NCBI GenBank assembly: GCA_046570105.1
Contig: JBKHVI010000005.1
Span: 25,294-89,293, forward strand
Origin: Bacteriovoracia bacterium
GTDB lineage: Bacteria; Bdellovibrionota; Bacteriovoracia; Bacteriovoracales; Bacteriovoracaceae
Direction: 5' to 3'
DNA length: 64,000 nucleotides
Shown piece after piece: positions 40,586-49,653 of the stretch. A model generated the notes under the pieces. That model did not search any database. It saw only the letters and a program-made list of their open reading frames with translations, and was not told where the DNA came from. A program made the translations under genes and the position numbers. Numbering within the stretch: position 1 is the first letter of the stretch; every line of letters starts with the position of its first letter.

Positions 40586-42146
40586 ACTCGTTGCCGTCGG
40601 CGGGAAAATCCGTGGTCAAGAAATTGAGTTGCGTGAAGGTGAAAATACACTCGGTCGTTCCTCAGAATGTGATCATCAAATTTCAGTAGATGGTGTTTCA
40701 AAGAAGCATATGCAGGTAACGGTTAATAACGATTCTGCCTACGTAGAAGACTTAGGAAGTTCAAACGGCACGTTTATTAATGGCAAATTGATAAAAAAAG
40801 CGACCGTTAAGGATGGCGATAAGATTGCTTTACCTAATGTTATTTTCCAAGTGGTCTATGTCACAGAAAAGAAAATTGTCGTTAAGAAGAAAGTCGCCAA
40901 GATGGCGAATGACGACGATGATGCCCAAATAGATTTAGATGGAAAAGAAGCTCCACCTTCAAGCCTGGGTGGAAAGATGATTTGGATGTTTAAGCAAAAG
41001 CTTATGCCAATTATCTACAATTTTAACGAGCAATATGAATGGGCGGCCTTAGTTGGGATTTTGCTTTTTATCTTTATCGGTATCAACATCAGTCTAACGA
41101 TCTTCCCAGTTCTGCGTGATTCTAAGCGCCTACTTATTCTAGAAGTTGCTCTTCGCGGTAAGCAGTATGCAGCCGAAGTTGCAAGGACAAACTCTGTTCC
41201 GCTGTCTCGAAGAGAGTTGGATAAAATTGATACCAACTTTTTAGATGGGGTTGAAGATATCGACTCATATGAGTTGTTTGACTTTGATGGACGTATTGTT
41301 CGCCCTATCAGTAAGCTCAATAACTATATTAATGATGCTCTCTCAGTTGAAGCGAAGAATTTTTATAATGATTCAGCCAATCAATCGCGAGAGTTTATCA
41401 GTAGCTTGGGTGGAAGCAAGATCGGAATTGCCCGACTGCTTAAAGCCTATGATGTAAAAACGGGACGAGAAGAAAACGTCGGGATTATTGCAATTAGATT
41501 TGCCCCTAAAACACTCGTCGCTCAAGCGGCCAATAATTCAAAGGCTTACCTTGAATCGTTAGTCACTTCAGGCATGGTTGCTCTTATTTTCTTTGGTGTA
41601 CTCTACTTTATGACAACTCGCCCGCTCGAAGAAATGCGTCTTCAAGCGGAAAACGTTCTTCGTGGAAAATTAAAAGAACTCAATTCAAACTATCTCTTTA
41701 AAGAGATCTCTCCTTTAAGAAATACCATAAATTCAGTTTTGCAACGAATACGTGAATTACAAAACACAGATACTGGTGAGATGGCAGCGGCAGAAGAAGA
41801 TGGTCCTTATGTCAGAACGATGATGGAGTTTTTGCAAGGAGCACAGGGCCCTGTGATGGTGCTAGATTCTGAAAAACTAATTCAAGGTCTTAATCTTGAA
41901 GCGGAAGATTTAATTGGAATTCGTCAAAATGCATCACAAGGACAGAGTATGCTCGATGCTGCTCGAGACCAAGGCTTCGCTGCTACTGTGATTGATCTCT
42001 GTGATCAATCAGCAAACAACGGCGGAGTAAATCAAAAAGAAAATTACGAAATTGGTGGCAAAGATATTGCTGTTAACGTTGTTGCATTAATGGGTAGAGA
42101 TAAGTTTGCCAAAGGATTTTATATAACATTCGTAAAGCCAGATTAA
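40578..42146 (+). CDS. FHA-domain membrane protein (FHA-TM-periplasmic-TM-HAMP-like-PAS-like)
   Basis: LGRS...VSKKH...DLGSSNGT; two TM segments; RPLEEM...EISPLRNTIN. Confidence 0.82.
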   Translation: MYKLVAVGGKIRGQEIELREGENTLGRSSECDHQISVDGVSKKHMQVTVNNDSAYVEDLGSSNGTFINGKLIKKATVKDGDKIALPNVIFQVVYVTEKKIVVKKKVAKMANDDDDAQIDLDGKEAPPSSLGGKMIWMFKQKLMPIIYNFNEQYEWAALVGILLFIFIGINISLTIFPVLRDSKRLLILEVALRGKQYAAEVARTNSVPLSRRELDKIDTNFLDGVEDIDSYELFDFDGRIVRPISKLNNYINDALSVEAKNFYNDSANQSREFISSLGGSKIGIARLLKAYDVKTGREENVGIIAIRFAPKTLVAQAANNSKAYLESLVTSGMVALIFFGVLYFMTTRPLEEMRLQAENVLRGKLKELNSNYLFKEISPLRNTINSVLQRIRELQNTDTGEMAAAEEDGPYVRTMMEFLQGAQGPVMVLDSEKLIQGLNLEAEDLIGIRQNASQGQSMLDAARDQGFAATVIDLCDQSANNGGVNQKENYEIGGKDIAVNVVALMGRDKFAKGFYITFVKPD

Positions 42147-42152
42147 GGGAAT

Positions 42153-43136
42153 ATGTCTAAGAACGTTCTAGCCATGAAACACTTCGAGATGCCCCGTGAG
42201 GAGGGTACTTGGTGGCGTTTAATGTGCTTGACCGGCCAGACCAAGGGAGAAGCCTATATCATTACGGGTAACCGAATTGTGATGGGTCGCTCTGAAAAAG
42301 CAGATGTTCGTGTTCTTGATATTAAATCATCGCGAGAACATGCAGAAATTGCGAAAGTCGGCAAAGACTGGGTTTTAACAGACCTAGGCTCGCAGAATGG
42401 AATCGTGGTTAACGATAACAAAGTCTCTCAGGTCAAACTGAAAGAAGGCGATAAAATTGTTATTGGTCAGACGGTCTATAAGTTTGCCAAGGTTGAAGTA
42501 AAAGGTGCTGAATCCGGCAAAGCCAAAAAACTTGATTCTCTAGACCCAAACGAAGCTGCCCCACCAGAGAAAAAGAAAAATTCAATGCTGCTAGGATTGG
42601 TGGCCATCGTAGCGATAGCCATGATCTTTTTAGATGACTCAGGATCACCTAAGCCCAATGCGGGTGCAAAACAGAAGCAGAGCAATGCCACTAAAGATGT
42701 GACTGACGAATATCTAAATCTGGTTCGCCAAAAGCAGATGATGGAAGATAAGGCCCTTAAGCAAAAGATGAATACAATTTTTCAGCGAGGGTTAAGAGAG
42801 TATCGTGAAAAAAATTACTTTCGTGCCATTAATGAATTCAACCTAGCACTTATTTTGAACCCGAGCGATCCATTGGCAGACTTCTATCTCCGTAAAGCCA
42901 AAGAGGAGCTAGATAAAGTTATTGCTGACCAATTCATCAAAGGAAAACGTGATGAAGAGGCACTTCGTTATCAAAATGCCATTGTGACTTACTGTTCAAT
43001 TATTCGATTGCTGTATCAGTATGAGGATGATCCTCGTTACAAGAATGCGGAAGAAAATATTAAATCGTTAGAAGGTAAACTAGGACTAGAACCAGGTGAA
43101 AGTAACTGTCTTAAAAAGCAACAAGCCGATCAGTGA
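42153..43136 (+). CDS. FHA-TM-TPR protein
   Basis: MGRS...SSREH...DLGSQNG; one TM; TPR-like C-terminus. Confidence 0.82.
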   Translation: MSKNVLAMKHFEMPREEGTWWRLMCLTGQTKGEAYIITGNRIVMGRSEKADVRVLDIKSSREHAEIAKVGKDWVLTDLGSQNGIVVNDNKVSQVKLKEGDKIVIGQTVYKFAKVEVKGAESGKAKKLDSLDPNEAAPPEKKKNSMLLGLVAIVAIAMIFLDDSGSPKPNAGAKQKQSNATKDVTDEYLNLVRQKQMMEDKALKQKMNTIFQRGLREYREKNYFRAINEFNLALILNPSDPLADFYLRKAKEELDKVIADQFIKGKRDEEALRYQNAIVTYCSIIRLLYQYEDDPRYKNAEENIKSLEGKLGLEPGESNCLKKQQADQ

Positions 43137-45438
43137 GGCCAGCTGGCCAGATACTGATGTGGAAGAGGGGTTTGAGGCCTTTATTGGGCGCTCAGAGGAC
43201 TGTCATGTCCATATTGAAGACCCTTTGGTTTCAAGGCATCACGTTGTCTTGAAGTTTGAGCGCAAAGAATGGCGTATTGAAAAACTGAGTCAGCTTGCAC
43301 CTGTAAGTGTGAATGGCCAAGTGCTCAACGGAGAACTTGTCGTCCATCAAGGTGACCTCATCGCCTTCCCACCTTACTCTGTTCGTTTGGATACTCTTTC
43401 AGGTGTTCAAGCTACTCAACCAAAAGTGACTAATGAAGTCACCACTAGTTCCTCTCCGGATTTTGATGATAGCGGCATGCTTGATGATATTCCAGTTGCT
43501 GAAAATATGGATGCGACAGTTTTTATGGCTTCTCCGCCACAAACAACAGTCCAACCGAAAAGTACTCCTGCTGCACCTGCTGCGCCAATTGATGAAGAGT
43601 TGGCCGAAGACCTCACAGATTTGCCAGGTGGTGAATTTTTAGCGGAGGATAATAGTGAGGCTGAGGAATCATTTAGTCCAATAGATGAGGATGATAAGCC
43701 AATTGGCGAACAGAGTCATACGGAAGAAGAAAAAATGTCTGACGATAACACTGAAAATGATAAGCCAATGGAAGATGAGCCATCTTCTAATGACTTTGGC
43801 AGCTTTAGCGAGGATCAAGGTACTCAGGCCGATATCGGTGGTGATAATTCACCAGCAATGATTGACGATGGTACAGAATCCACCCGTGTTCTACAAAAAT
43901 TTGCCAGTTACGAATTATTACTTTTTGGAGAGTTTGCTCCCTACGATCGCTTTGCGCTAGATCGTGCCGAAGTATTTATTGGTCGTGATACAAAAAAATG
44001 CCAGATCGTCCTTAATGACTCGGAAGTGTCTTCGGTTCATGCTGTCTTGAGGAAAAACTTAGTCAGCTTAACGTTGGAAGATCTTAATTCATCGAATGGT
44101 ACTTTGTTGAATGGTCAGCGTATCAACAAAGCTGAACTTACTAATGGCGACGAATTCATTGTGGGTTCAACGACATTTACTGTTCAGGTGGTCTCTGATC
44201 TTTTAGATGCGGAAAATGATCGCTTGATGCCAGTTGAGTCAGGTCAGGTCATTGAAAAAATTGAAGAGATTGAAGAAGAAGTTGAAATCACAACGGATGG
44301 TTCAGGTGCGGCGGGAATTGATTTCTCAGGCACAGAAGCTGCTCCTGAGAAAAGTTTCATTAAGCGTATTCTAAAAGATCCCAAGAAGAAGAGAATCGCC
44401 ATCATTGTAGTAGTATTACTTATGGTGGTTATGTTGTTGGACACTGAGACAACTCCAGTGAAAGAAGAGCCCAAGAAAGAAGAAGCTAAGACTGAGCAAC
44501 CTGTAGAGAAAGCTGACCCAACTAAAAAAGTACTGACACCAGAAGAGATTCGTTCTCTTGAAGCGAAATATAAAATTGCTGAAGCCTATGTTAAGGAAAA
44601 GAAACTTGATGAAGCACTGGCCGAGCTAGAGCAAATCTTGGCGTTTAGTCCAGATTACGCCAATGCCAAAACACTCTATCAGTATGTGCAAGAGCAAAAT
44701 AGGAAATTTAAAGAAGAGCAAGAGCGCTTAAAGCTAGAAGCAGCACGAGCGAAAATTCGCGAAGAAGTAAAATTGCTTTTGGTCGATGCCAAAGAAGCGG
44801 TTGCTCAAAGAAATGTTCCGCGAGCGGAACAACTCTTTAGTAAGATTCTCGAAAAAGATCCTGAGAATATGGATGTGACTCCTTTAAAACTAGAGCTAGA
44901 AACCTGGCAAGCTGAAGAGCGTGCCAAGAAAGAAGCTGAAGCCCGCAAAAAAGCGGAACGTCAAAGACAAGTTGATTTACTTGTGCCAGGAAAGAAGCTC
45001 TATCTCAGTAAAGAGTGGTACAAAGGTATTCTGAAACTAGAAGAGTTTCTGACCCAAAAACAACTCGATGAAGATTTGATTAAAGAAGCTTCTGATATGC
45101 TGACAGATGCTAAGGCTCAGTTAGCTTCAGAAGTGGCACCGATTCTGGGCCGTGCTCGTTCCTTGAAAGAAGGACAGGATTTAAAAGGTGCTTACGAAGC
45201 TTATCTTGAAGTTTTAGCGATTGAGCCGACCAACAAAGAAGGCCTCGACGAAGTAGATTTGATTCGAGAAATTTTGGATACTCGCTCAAAGAAAGTTTAT
45301 CGTGAAGCCATCATCTCAGAGAGTCTTTCTCTTTTTGGTGATGCAAAAGAGAAGTTTCAAGAGGTTCAACAGATCTCTCCGACAGATAGCGAGTACTATA
45401 AGAAAGCCACAGATAAGTTGAAAAATTATTTGGAGTAG
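43096..45438 (+). CDS. Double-FHA, acidic linker, TM, TPR/coiled-coil protein
   Basis: IGRS...VSRHH and IGRD...VSSVH...SSNGT; TM IAIIVVVLLMVVMLL; TPR-like repeats. Confidence 0.82.
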   Translation: MKVTVLKSNKPISEASWPDTDVEEGFEAFIGRSEDCHVHIEDPLVSRHHVVLKFERKEWRIEKLSQLAPVSVNGQVLNGELVVHQGDLIAFPPYSVRLDTLSGVQATQPKVTNEVTTSSSPDFDDSGMLDDIPVAENMDATVFMASPPQTTVQPKSTPAAPAAPIDEELAEDLTDLPGGEFLAEDNSEAEESFSPIDEDDKPIGEQSHTEEEKMSDDNTENDKPMEDEPSSNDFGSFSEDQGTQADIGGDNSPAMIDDGTESTRVLQKFASYELLLFGEFAPYDRFALDRAEVFIGRDTKKCQIVLNDSEVSSVHAVLRKNLVSLTLEDLNSSNGTLLNGQRINKAELTNGDEFIVGSTTFTVQVVSDLLDAENDRLMPVESGQVIEKIEEIEEEVEITTDGSGAAGIDFSGTEAAPEKSFIKRILKDPKKKRIAIIVVVLLMVVMLLDTETTPVKEEPKKEEAKTEQPVEKADPTKKVLTPEEIRSLEAKYKIAEAYVKEKKLDEALAELEQILAFSPDYANAKTLYQYVQEQNRKFKEEQERLKLEAARAKIREEVKLLLVDAKEAVAQRNVPRAEQLFSKILEKDPENMDVTPLKLELETWQAEERAKKEAEARKKAERQRQVDLLVPGKKLYLSKEWYKGILKLEEFLTQKQLDEDLIKEASDMLTDAKAQLASEVAPILGRARSLKEGQDLKGAYEAYLEVLAIEPTNKEGLDEVDLIREILDTRSKKVYREAIISESLSLFGDAKEKFQEVQQISPTDSEYYKKATDKLKNYLE

Positions 45439-45441
45439 AGC

Positions 45442-46179
45442 ATGAAGCTTAAGTCCTATGCTGCCGTTACACATCAAGGTCCTCACCTCGAGACCAATGA
45501 AGATGGTTATGATTTTGATTTAGATCATCAGTTCTTTTTTGTTTTAGATGGATTTGGCGGAACGGGAATTGGTGATCGTGCTGTCACCAAACTGAAAGAA
45601 GACCTCAAAGGCTTTCTCTCTCAATTGGCCGATGATCCAGATGCTACTATGCCGCTGTATTGGAGCAGTCGTTGGTTATTGGAAGGAAATGCTTTGGCCA
45701 ATGCCATGATTAATGCTCATCAAGCGCTCCATAAAGAAAATTCTTCAAAGAGTCTCAATCACAGAGCGGGTGCCAGTGCGGCTTGTGCGATTAAGGCCGA
45801 CGATATCTTAGTTCTATCTCAAGTCGGTGGCTGTCAGGCCTACTTGGCCCGCCATGGAAATGTCGAAGCACTTTTTGTGCCCGATACTCACCAGTACCTT
45901 TCTCACGACCCTCATGCTGCAGGCGCACTTAGGGCTCCAGTGGGAGCATTTGGTTGCTTTCCTGAATTAAGCTGGCATATGCGGGAAGTTCGACTGCAAG
46001 AAGGTGATCAATTTATCTTCCTTACCGAGGGAGTTGCTCCTTGGCTCAGTCCCCAAGAAATAGCCCATACACTCTCTAAGAGTGGCGAAGATGCTCATCA
46101 AAAACTGAATGGGCTACTGAAATTGTCCAATTCTCGAGGCAATACTGCTAATCAAACTGGGATGATTCTCGAGTTTTAG
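45442..46179 (+). CDS. PP2C/PPM-fold phosphatase homologue, catalytically degenerate
   Basis: TNEDG and VLDGFGG present; later motifs read GGCQ, LTEG, TANQT. Confidence 0.78.
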   Translation: MKLKSYAAVTHQGPHLETNEDGYDFDLDHQFFFVLDGFGGTGIGDRAVTKLKEDLKGFLSQLADDPDATMPLYWSSRWLLEGNALANAMINAHQALHKENSSKSLNHRAGASAACAIKADDILVLSQVGGCQAYLARHGNVEALFVPDTHQYLSHDPHAAGALRAPVGAFGCFPELSWHMREVRLQEGDQFIFLTEGVAPWLSPQEIAHTLSKSGEDAHQKLNGLLKLSNSRGNTANQTGMILEF

Positions 46180-46228
46180 ATTCGTTTTCGCTTTTCGCAC
46201 CGGATTTCAATTGCCTATAATGTTGAAC

Positions 46229-47509
46229 ATGGGCGTTAAAATTTTATTGGCCGACGACAGTCCCACCGTTCATAAAGTCATCAAGATTATCTTGAAGGAT
46301 GAGCCGTGTGAGATAGTTGAGTGTGCGCGTGAAACTGACTTAGTTGATAAGTTGAATGCCACTCAACCTGCAGCTGTTTTTCTTGATTTCAATTTTTCAG
46401 AATCTCAAACGGGGTATGACCTTTGCCGACAAATTAAAAAGATTTGTCCAAAAGCTAAGATCCTCGTGATGTACGGAACATTTGATACGGTAGATGAAAG
46501 TGCCTTGCGAGATGCCGATGCAAGTCAGCATGTCGTCAAACCATTTGATACTGCGAAGTTTATCATCCAGGTTAGAAATTTAATCGATGGCACAGCAACA
46601 CCTGTGGCGGCTGCTTCTCAATCGATTGAAATCGATGAGGGCTGGAGCATTCGTGAAACGGTAGAAAAAAAATCTCCAGACATCGGCCGCATGACGGACG
46701 ACACAGTTTCCCCACTCAATGATGATTTGAGTGATTGGGGCATGATGATCCCAGGTGTGATTGGTAAATCTGCTGGTGCTCCTGATTTGCCACCTGTGAT
46801 TGGTGAGGCCCCTGTAGCAAAACCAGCAGCTCCCGTTTTACCTAAAGCTGCACCTGTTGCAGTTGCTCCCGTACAAGTTCATAACGAAGTTCAACTTCCT
46901 TCCGATGATGATCTTGAGTATCCGGATATGGGAAGCTCGAGCGACTTAGAAATTGATACCTCACCTGCAGAAGCACCAAAGTCAAAACTCATTTCACTCA
47001 ACGAATTAGTATCGACTGAAGAGGAAGAAGCTCTCAGCATAACAGATTTAGCTGAATCAACCGGCATGTCCGCTGATGAAGAGATTGCTATGCGAATCGC
47101 CGATCAAATTCGCGATGAAGTGGAAAGTGATTTGTGGGCCGCTGATGCTTTTGAAGAAACTCAGCCAAAGCTCTCTGTTGTAAAAGAGCAAAAATCAATT
47201 GAGCCACAATTTAGTGCACAATCTGAAGAGTTTGAAGACAGTGGCGTAACATTTGATGATTCGCTTTTTGAACCTCTAGATAAGCAGGATAAATTGCCTC
47301 AGTACAATACAGCAAAAGCCGCTCCTAACTTTTCTGGTGATCTCGAAGCTCTTCGTCCGATGTTAAAAGATATTGTGCGTGAAGTAGTGGCTGAATACTG
47401 TCGCCAAGGCGTCGATAAGGTTGCTTGGGAAGTCATTCCTGATTTAGCAGAAAATCTCATCAAGAAAGAACTGCAAAAGCTCAGTGATAAAGTGACGAAA
47501 GACCTTTAA
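46229..47509 (+). CDS. romR: RomR-like polarity response regulator
   Basis: N-terminal receiver, Pro/acidic linker, C-terminal KVAWEVIPDLAENLIKKEL signature. Confidence 0.8.
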   Translation: MGVKILLADDSPTVHKVIKIILKDEPCEIVECARETDLVDKLNATQPAAVFLDFNFSESQTGYDLCRQIKKICPKAKILVMYGTFDTVDESALRDADASQHVVKPFDTAKFIIQVRNLIDGTATPVAAASQSIEIDEGWSIRETVEKKSPDIGRMTDDTVSPLNDDLSDWGMMIPGVIGKSAGAPDLPPVIGEAPVAKPAAPVLPKAAPVAVAPVQVHNEVQLPSDDDLEYPDMGSSSDLEIDTSPAEAPKSKLISLNELVSTEEEEALSITDLAESTGMSADEEIAMRIADQIRDEVESDLWAADAFEETQPKLSVVKEQKSIEPQFSAQSEEFEDSGVTFDDSLFEPLDKQDKLPQYNTAKAAPNFSGDLEALRPMLKDIVREVVAEYCRQGVDKVAWEVIPDLAENLIKKELQKLSDKVTKDL

Positions 47510-48162
47510 TCAATCCAGCGCAGACTACCGTTAAAAACCGATTTACCACTCACGATGGCTTCGCCATGAGTGCCGATTCCTTCAAATATCCCCTCGATGA
47601 TTTCATTGCTATCTGTAATGGTGACTTTGCGACTGAGGTGCACACAGCGCTTGAGCCATTGGTTTCGGATCATTTCAATTGATTGTGAACAATTGGAAAG
47701 ATAGCGTTCAACAAATTCCAAGGGCATTTGATGGGCCCAATCAGAATCTAATTTCTTTTGATGATTCCAAACACTTCCCCAGTTAGCAGTTGAATCGGGG
47801 AGAAGATTGATGCCTACACCAATCAACATACGAGGGGCCTGATACTGTAATAAAATTCCGCCGCATTTTTTTCCATCGCGATACAAATCATTGGGCCACT
47901 TGAGATCAAGTGAGACTCCCCACAATTCCTCAAAGCTCAAGGCCAATGAAACGGCCACTTCTAGCGCTTGCCACGTCAGTTGGGGGTGAGCGGGTGCGAC
48001 AAAAGAGAAGGCGAGGGCGCCCGTGAGATGATCCCAAGTGTGAGTACCACGACCACGCCCCGCATTTTGTTGCTCCGTGCTCACTAAATCATAGCGATCG
48101 AGCTGGCGTTTCAGTTCGTCTTGGGTAGAATCACACTGCGCTAAGCGTAAATGTTTCACCAT
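47506..48162 (-). CDS. birA: Biotin-protein ligase (no HTH)
   Basis: DSTQ, QNAGRGR, LKWPNDL, KCGGIL, GVGIN; start ATG 48162. Confidence 0.9.
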   Translation of the reverse strand: MVKHLRLAQCDSTQDELKRQLDRYDLVSTEQQNAGRGRGTHTWDHLTGALAFSFVAPAHPQLTWQALEVAVSLALSFEELWGVSLDLKWPNDLYRDGKKCGGILLQYQAPRMLIGVGINLLPDSTANWGSVWNHQKKLDSDWAHQMPLEFVERYLSNCSQSIEMIRNQWLKRCVHLSRKVTITDSNEIIEGIFEGIGTHGEAIVSGKSVFNGSLRWID

Positions 48163-48177
48163 ATCGACGAGGTTACC

Positions 48178-48885
48178 ATGTCTCTGATCAAACGCGATAC
48201 TCCCCGTCCTATTCGCTTCACTCCCAATATTAATCCCTACGCCCATGGCAGTGTCATGGCGGAGTTTGGAAATACAAAAGTTCAAGTCACTGTGAATGTG
48301 CAAGAAAGTGTTCCACCGTTTTTGAAAGGCAAGGGACAAGGATGGCTGACGGCCGAATACGCCATGTTGCCTTCTGCAACTCACACTCGTGGTGATCGCG
48401 AACGCAAAGGGGCTTCGGGGCGGACGCAAGAGATTCAACGTTTGATCGGCCGTGCTTTGCGCGCGATTACAGATATGACAAAACTCGGCGAGCGCACCTT
48501 GATGATCGATTGTGATGTGATCGTCGCTGATGGTGGAACTCGCACGACGGCGATCTCGGGAGCCTATGTCGCACTTGAATTGGCGATCAGAAAATTACAG
48601 AAAGATGGTTTGCTTAAAACTCATCCTTTGAAAGAAGGCTTAGCTGCCGTGAGTGTAGGTCTTGATAAAGAAGGCAAAGCGATTGCTGATCTTAACTATC
48701 AAGAAGACTCAACTTGCGAAGCGGATGTGAACGTCGTCATGACAGCGAGTGGAAAATTCGTCGAGCTGCAAGGTACTGCTGAAGGTGATCCGTTCTCGGA
48801 AGAACAACTGCATGCTCTTATCAGTTGTGCTCGTTCAGCCATAGGAAAAGTCGTTGAAGCGCAACAGGCCGTTTTGAATGCCTGA
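48178..48885 (+). CDS. rph: Ribonuclease PH
   Basis: GWLTAEYAMLP, RTQEIQRLIGRALR, ADGGTRT. Confidence 0.96.
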   Translation: MSLIKRDTPRPIRFTPNINPYAHGSVMAEFGNTKVQVTVNVQESVPPFLKGKGQGWLTAEYAMLPSATHTRGDRERKGASGRTQEIQRLIGRALRAITDMTKLGERTLMIDCDVIVADGGTRTTAISGAYVALELAIRKLQKDGLLKTHPLKEGLAAVSVGLDKEGKAIADLNYQEDSTCEADVNVVMTASGKFVELQGTAEGDPFSEEQLHALISCARSAIGKVVEAQQAVLNA

Positions 48886-49468
48886 GTTTATTTTAGCTTC
48901 TGGAAATGCTCATAAGGCACAAGAGTTCGTTGAGCTCTTTGGCGATAAGATTGTTGTGAAGGCAGCGCCGCACGGTCTAAACCCGGAAGAGACTGGCACA
49001 ACTTTTTTAGAGAACGCACTGATTAAGGCGCGTGCTTATTACGACACATTTAAAGTTCCCGCTCTGGCCGATGATTCCGGCCTAACGGTGACAGCGCTTC
49101 CAGATATTTTGGGCGTTCAAAGCGCTCGTTTTCTTGCTGAAAAACCAGACTACAAAGATAAGTGCCTTGAGCTGATGAAGCTTTTGGGAGCTGAAAATAC
49201 CAAGCGCGAGGCCCACTTCACTTGTGTGCTGTGTTTTTATTTGAGTCCCACTGAGATCTACTTCTTTGAGGGCCGAGTTCAAGGCAAGATTGGCCATGAA
49301 TATAAAGGGGCCTATGGTTTTGGCTACGACCCCATATTTATCCCACTTAGAAACGAGAACGACGGTAAAACCCTGGCCGAACTTCCTGAATGGAAAAATT
49401 TGCACTCACATCGGGCACGTGCAGCGAAAGAAGCGCTGACTTTTTTCAATCCCAAGCCCATTGCGTGA
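48878..49468 (+). CDS. rdgB: Non-canonical purine NTP pyrophosphatase (RdgB/HAM1)
   Basis: ASGNAHK, ADDSGL, GFGYDPIF, SHRARA. Confidence 0.94.
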   Translation: MPEFILASGNAHKAQEFVELFGDKIVVKAAPHGLNPEETGTTFLENALIKARAYYDTFKVPALADDSGLTVTALPDILGVQSARFLAEKPDYKDKCLELMKLLGAENTKREAHFTCVLCFYLSPTEIYFFEGRVQGKIGHEYKGAYGFGYDPIFIPLRNENDGKTLAELPEWKNLHSHRARAAKEALTFFNPKPIA

Positions 49469-49500
49469 CGCATTAAAACAATCTTTACACCTACTCTGCC

Positions 49501-49529
49501 TGGACAAATCCTGGGCCAGCGTTCATACT
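49501..49529 (+). promoter_or_regulatory. sigma70-type promoter of tRNA-Pro
   Basis: TGGACA-N17-CATACT, 10 nt before the tRNA. Confidence 0.55.
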
Positions 49530-49539
49530 CGTCCGACGT

Positions 49540-49616
49540 CGGGGTGTAGCGCAGTCTGGTAGCGTATCTGCTTTGGGAGCAGGTGGTCGCTGGTTCGAAT
49601 CCAGTCACCCCGACCA
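49540..49616 (+). tRNA. tRNA-Pro (TGG)
   Basis: CGGGGTG/CACCCCG acceptor stem, anticodon loop TT-TGG-GA, GGTTCGAATCC T-arm, encoded CCA. Confidence 0.97.
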
Positions 49617-49653
49617 CTTTTATCATTTCGTTAAAATCACCTATAATCTCATC

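Noticed and set aside
43400..43880. Acidic low-complexity stretch in the double-FHA gene as a tandem repeat
   Set aside because: No nucleotide-level repeat unit; it is a disordered linker
48163..48438. 92-aa N-terminal extension of BirA
   Set aside because: It is the antisense of rph and shows no HTH
49573..49653. Radical SAM ORF start inside the tRNA, and tRNA-Pro as an att site
   Set aside because: Upstream in-frame start overlaps the tRNA; no duplicated tRNA 3' end or integrase found downstream
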